DNA of 32,000 bases from Ferroglobus placidus DSM 10642 (lineage in GTDB: Archaea; Halobacteriota; Archaeoglobi; Archaeoglobales; Archaeoglobaceae). This document shows positions 28,333 through 32,000 of the stretch, piece after piece (within the stretch, counting starts at the first letter, position 1; each line of letters opens with the position of its first letter). The translations under genes were made by a program, and so were the position numbers. The notes under the pieces were generated by a model. That model saw only the letters and a list, made by a program, of their open reading frames with translations. It did no database searches and was not told where the DNA came from. Location: positions 1,110,001 to 1,142,000 of the forward strand of contig NC_013849.1 in NCBI RefSeq assembly GCF_000025505.1, in the 5' to 3' direction.

Positions 28333-29703
28333 TCAGTATGGTATAAAGGTCAGGGCTAAAGCGTAGAATATTGCGGCGAAGAGCATTAGAGTTATGCAGT
28401 AACCGAAGACATCTCTTGCCCTAACGGCACAGATGCCGAGCAAGGGTATAGCCCAGAAAGGCTGGAAGAGGTTCGTCCACTGATCCCCAGCTCCGTAGGC
28501 GATTATTGCCTTTCCTATCGGAACTCCAAGCTCCATCGCAGCTCTCGAAATTGTTTCACCTATAACCGCCCACTCTCCTCCACCAGATGGAACGAAGAGG
28601 TTTACGAGACCAGCCACAAGCCACGCAACAACTGGAAAAGTCGTGGGAGTTGAAATTCCTATGAGCCAGTTTGCCATTATCTTTCCGAGTCCGGAGAACT
28701 TTATCATCCCCATTATTCCCGCGTAAAACGGAAACTGCAAAACGATACCTGCTGCTGACGGTACAGCCGAGTAGAACGCTTTTAGATATCGGATCGGTCG
28801 TAAGTAAAGCAGGAGACCGACGAAGAGGAAGGTGAAGTTGACTATGTTCAGATCGAGACCTTTCTTCTGAACGCCGAAGTGGTGGAAGATGTAGAATATG
28901 CCCATTAAAGCCAGCAAAACGCCTATTATTACGCTGTTTTCTATCTTATCTGCTATCGTTTTAAATTCTACTTTCTCCTCCTTTTTCTCCTCCTCAAGCA
29001 AGTGAGGAGCGTATTGCTCTATACCTCTACAAGCCTTCGGATCCGAAGGGGAGATCGCATACATAACTGCAACAACGAAAACGATGGATAGAACGCTCAG
29101 AGCAAGAGCATAGCCGGAAAATATTGTCTCGCTCGTTGGAACGATACCGATTAAATCCTGAAGGAAGTGTCCTTCCGTTGCCGAAAGCAGGGGAGCTGAA
29201 GCAGACAAACCCCAGTGTCAGATCATCCCCAATCCGGTGTAGCCAGCAGTAACTATTGCCGGATAATGAACTGGAATTCCTCTGAAATAAGCTTGCCTGC
29301 CAACTTCTCTCGCAAGTAACGCTCCGACTATCAACCCAAGCCCCCAGTTTATCCAAGAAAAGATCATTGCAAAGAATGCCACGAGAGCTGCAGCTTGCTT
29401 ACCATTTTTTGGGAGAGAAGCGAGTTTAACGAGCATTTTGTGTACAGCCGGATGGTAAGCCAAAGCGTAACCTGTGACGAGTATTAGAACCATCTGCATG
29501 GCAAACGTAAGGAGGGTCCAGAAACCTTTGTACCAGTACAAAACCATGTCAACGGGGGATTGTTTCGCTATTACTATTCCCATGACGTAGCTGATGAAAG
29601 TCAGTATGACGGCGAAGAGAAACGGGTCCGGCATCCATTTTTCGACGCTCGCTGAAATTCTGTAGCCAATTCTTTCTAAAGCGCTGATCCTATATTCCTC
29701 CAT
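28333..29703 (-). pseudogene. short-chain fatty acid permease (AtoE-like), interrupted by one in-frame TGA
   Basis: ORFs 29218-29703 (161 aa, MEEYRISALERIGYRI...GYTGLGMI*) and 28333-29208 (HWGLSASAPLLSATEGHFLQ... when read through) are in the same frame, separated only by TGA at 29220-29218. Confidence 0.8.
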
Positions 29704-29896
29704 AATTAATTTTTGAAAAATTAAAAATAAAAATGTTACGTCAAAGGAGCTTTAATCCAAAAAATTTGGAAAAGGGTTGAAACTTAAGCAATTTAAGGCG
29801 ATAAAAATTGGTTAAATTCTAAATTCGCTTTCAAAACCTCTCATTTTCTTCCACAAGGTATTTATACAGAAAACGACTCACACATAAACTGAAGTC

Positions 29897-29996
29897 CCCG
29901 GCTTAGCTCAGTGGCAGAGCGCGGGCCTGTAGTCTGACCTGCCGCTGGCAGGCGGCAGAGAGCCCGTGGTCCCCGGTTCAAATCCGGGAGCCGGGA
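29897..29996 (+). tRNA. tRNA-Tyr(GTA) containing a 28-nt intron
   Basis: Acceptor CCCGGCT/AGCCGGG+A, D arm GCTC/GAGC, anticodon stem CGGGC/GCCCG, anticodon GTA at 29929-29931, T arm CCCGG-TTCAAAT-CCGGG. Confidence 0.92.
29933..29960 (+). other. tRNA-Tyr archaeal-type intron between positions 37 and 38
   Basis: TCTGACCTGCCGCTGGCAGGCGGCAGAG interrupts the anticodon loop. It contains a perfect 7-bp hairpin, CTGCCGC/GCGGCAG. Removal restores the loop CTGTAGA. Confidence 0.85.
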
Positions 29997-30119
29997 TACC
30001 TTATTTTTGTTCAAGTCTCATCTTTTAAACTTCTTTTCGAAAGTTCTTCTCGGTCGAAATTGGTAGTTTTCCTCCACTTAGCTCGATCTTTTTTGGCTGT
30101 GCTCCGTTGAAGCTAATCT

Positions 30120-30461
30120 CTACATACCGTCAGCTATTAAAGCGAGCAGAGCTCCGAAGAATAGAAGGATTAAGCCAAGCGCCGCGATTTCGAAAACGAT
30201 CACTCCGCCTATAATAGCAAAAACTGCTGAGAAGAGAGAGAAGAAAACCTTCAGAACTATTTTGTAAACCTGCTTAATCGTTAGAAGGAGAATTGCCATC
30301 AGAAGGACTAAGAGAGCTAAGATGGGGTTAAAAAACTCGTTTACGATTTGGATAAGCCTTTCAAAAATTGAGGAAAGAATTTGCTCCGGGTTGTAAAAGT
30401 AACCGTAAAGCACGCTTGAGACAACGAGTAGAGTGAATATTCTGAACACGCTTACCATCAA
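30120..30461 (-). CDS. small multi-pass membrane protein
   Basis: 113-aa ORF, almost entirely hydrophobic (NPILALLVLLMAILLLTIKQVYKIVLKVFFSLFSAVFAIIGGVIVFEIAALGLILLFFGALLALIADGM). Confidence 0.6.
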   Translation of the reverse strand: MMVSVFRIFTLLVVSSVLYGYFYNPEQILSSIFERLIQIVNEFFNPILALLVLLMAILLLTIKQVYKIVLKVFFSLFSAVFAIIGGVIVFEIAALGLILLFFGALLALIADGM

Positions 30462-30484
30462 AAACGTATGTTCTTCGAACTATT

Positions 30485-31279
30485 TTAACTTTCACGAAGC
30501 ATATCGAGCAAACTTTCGAAGACGTAGTCTGGGTAAACTCCAGCTTCCTTCGCCTTCCTTTCGATATCCTCCCTCTTCGTGACTCCGGTTAAAACTAAAA
30601 CCGTCGTAGCTCCTATCTTTTTCCCAGCCAGAACGTCTATCTCTATTTGATCTCCAACGACAACAACTTCATCAGGTTTCAAATTCAGAATGTTCAAAGC
30701 TTCCTTCATTATGACTTCCGACGGCTTCCCCACAATTACGTCCGGCTCTCTTCCCGTCATCCAGTAGAGAGCTCCTATTATCATTCCCGTCCCCGGAATC
30801 GGTCCGTCTTCAGCAGGAAAGATTTTGTCCGGATTCACAGCCACGTATCTAACGTCCTCTCTAAGGCAGAGCCTCAGGGCTTCCGTCATTATCTGAAAGT
30901 TTATCCCCCTATTCGAGCCAACGACGAGGTATTCAGCATCTCTATAATCCACTATCTCAAGCCCTGCAAGCCTTAACTCCTCTTTTAACCCTTCTTCGCC
31001 GGTGGTGTAGACTTTCGCTCTCTTTTTTTCCTTAGCAATTAATCTTGCGGTAGCGTAAGTGGCGATGAGAATTTCATCTTCGGAAACTTCAAGTCCGTAA
31101 TCTTTAAAACGTTCCAGCATAATCCTCCTGCTTCTTGTGGAATTGTTTGAGACGAAAAGAATTTTCTTGCCCATTTCCCTCAATCTCTTCACAGCCTCAA
31201 CTCCTTCGGGAATCGGCTTCTTTCCCCTCCCGATAACTCCATCTATGTCGAGTATGAATCCTTTCTTATCCAAAAGCAT
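30485..31279 (-). CDS. HAD-superfamily sugar/glycolate phosphatase, NagD-like
   Basis: The track ORF starts at 31336; the ATG at 31279 (MLLDKKGFILDIDGVIGRGKKPIPEG) is more likely. FVSNNSTRSRR, VGKPSEVIM and VVGDQIEIDVLAGKKIGATTVLVLTG. Confidence 0.92.
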   Translation of the reverse strand: MLLDKKGFILDIDGVIGRGKKPIPEGVEAVKRLREMGKKILFVSNNSTRSRRIMLERFKDYGLEVSEDEILIATYATARLIAKEKKRAKVYTTGEEGLKEELRLAGLEIVDYRDAEYLVVGSNRGINFQIMTEALRLCLREDVRYVAVNPDKIFPAEDGPIPGTGMIIGALYWMTGREPDVIVGKPSEVIMKEALNILNLKPDEVVVVGDQIEIDVLAGKKIGATTVLVLTGVTKREDIERKAKEAGVYPDYVFESLLDMLRES

Positions 31280-31351
31280 GAGCAAAAACTCCTTCTTAGA
31301 AATAAAAATGTTTGCGAAATGTTTCGAAGCCTTCAAAATCTTTAAAAAACC

Positions 31352-31912
31352 GTGACGTTTTACACTCTATTAAGGGTGGTCAGTGTGGAAGCAGACATTC
31401 CAGTCAAGGAAATAATGACGAGGGAGGTTTGCGTCGCAAGAAAGGATGAGTCGGTTCTTAAAGCAAGCAGGAGAATGATCGAATTCGGCGTTGGAAGCAT
31501 AGTGGTTGTTGAGAACGGAAGACCGGTAGGAATAGTTACGGAGAGCGACATAATAAGGAAAGTTGTGGCGAGGAACAAAGTCCCTTCTGAAGTTAAGCTC
31601 GAAGAGATAATGACTTATCCGATAATAACGATAAAGCCAACTGCGAGCATAAGAGAAGCTGCAAACATAATGCTGAAAAAGGGAATAAGAAGGTTGCCGG
31701 TTGTGGATGGTGAAAAGCTTGTTGGAATTGTAACGGACACGGACATCCTTTCAGTCTCAATCGACCTCGGAGAGTATCTCGGACTTATTAAAGAAAGTTA
31801 TATCGAAACTGAAAGCGAAGAAATCGGAAAGTGTGAAATTTGCGGGAGAATTGCTGAATTAATTGATGTTGACGGGAAGAGAATTTGTGAAGACTGTTAT
31901 GAGTCGTATTAG
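31352..31912 (+). CDS. CBS-domain pair protein with C-terminal zinc ribbon
   Basis: VKEIMTREVCVARKDESVLKASRRMIEFGVGSIVVVENGRPVGIVTESDI, LEEIMTYPIITIKPTASI, CEICGRIAELIDVDGKRICEDC. The real start is probably an internal GTG near 31380. Confidence 0.9.
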   Translation: MTFYTLLRVVSVEADIPVKEIMTREVCVARKDESVLKASRRMIEFGVGSIVVVENGRPVGIVTESDIIRKVVARNKVPSEVKLEEIMTYPIITIKPTASIREAANIMLKKGIRRLPVVDGEKLVGIVTDTDILSVSIDLGEYLGLIKESYIETESEEIGKCEICGRIAELIDVDGKRICEDCYESY

Positions 31913-31920
31913 GTGATTTG

Positions 31921-32000
31921 ATGTCTTACTTAGGAGCAAAAATTGGAGATGAGGTTAAAAAAGAGAAGAAAAGCCCGGTAAAGCCGGGAAGCGTTATGGA
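31921..32000 (+). CDS. N-terminus of an unidentified protein, runs off right edge
   Basis: ATG at 31921 is open to the window end: MSYLGAKIGDEVKKEKKSPVKPGSVM... Confidence 0.5.
   Translation, partial: MSYLGAKIGDEVKKEKKSPVKPGSVM

Noticed and set aside
29218-29220. Selenocysteine interpretation of the in-frame TGA in the AtoE-like gene
   Set aside because: The expected residue is Trp, not Cys/Sec. I know of no Sec machinery in this lineage and saw no obvious SECIS-like element.
29747-29775. AT-rich short palindrome (ccaaaaaatttgg) upstream of tRNA-Tyr
   Set aside because: Short arms in an AT-rich intergenic region; expected by chance, and no gene arrangement suggests an operator.
1-32000. 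CRISPR array, transposon or provirus
   Set aside because: No regularly spaced repeats, transposase, integrase or capsid-like genes seen; the Cas4-like gene is isolated.

Overview
This looks like a core chromosomal segment of a hyperthermophilic euryarchaeon. The gene content (Ftr, TiaS, type II GAPDH, FEN1, Cdc6-like, RPA, W-type aldehyde ferredoxin oxidoreductase) fits Archaeoglobales such as Archaeoglobus, Ferroglobus or Geoglobus, but that placement is inference. Most ORFs are housekeeping. They include tiaS (partial, absent from the ORF track), a SWIM protein, a dCTP deaminase/dUTPase relative, DUF166, rtcB, a deoxyhypusine synthase homologue, prenyl diphosphate synthase, a PHP hydrolase, DUF211, 2-oxoacid:ferredoxin oxidoreductase alpha and beta, trmO, gap, a CooT-like protein, DUF98, a UPF0200/0201 fusion, ferredoxin, AOR, THEP1, trm1, a Cdc6/Orc1-like protein, MoaB, fen1, RPA and its associated protein, rhodanese, trpB2, ftr, an alpha/beta hydrolase, a HAD phosphatase and a CBS protein. 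I identified three tRNAs: CAT, Leu-TAA, and Tyr-GTA with a 28-nt intron. I see no CRISPR array or mobile element. The parts most worth a second look are: (1) a two-gene toxin-antitoxin-like operon at 20527-21191 whose TATA box is flanked by two TTGGT-n5/6-ACCAA palindromes; (2) an AtoE-like short-chain fatty acid permease interrupted by one in-frame TGA where a Trp codon is expected; (3) a stand-alone Cas4-like Fe-S protein with degenerate nuclease motifs; (4) a remnant of a metal-permease-like gene behind a strong 8-bp inverted repeat upstream of AOR; (5) a Cdc6-like ATPase with an altered Walker B.
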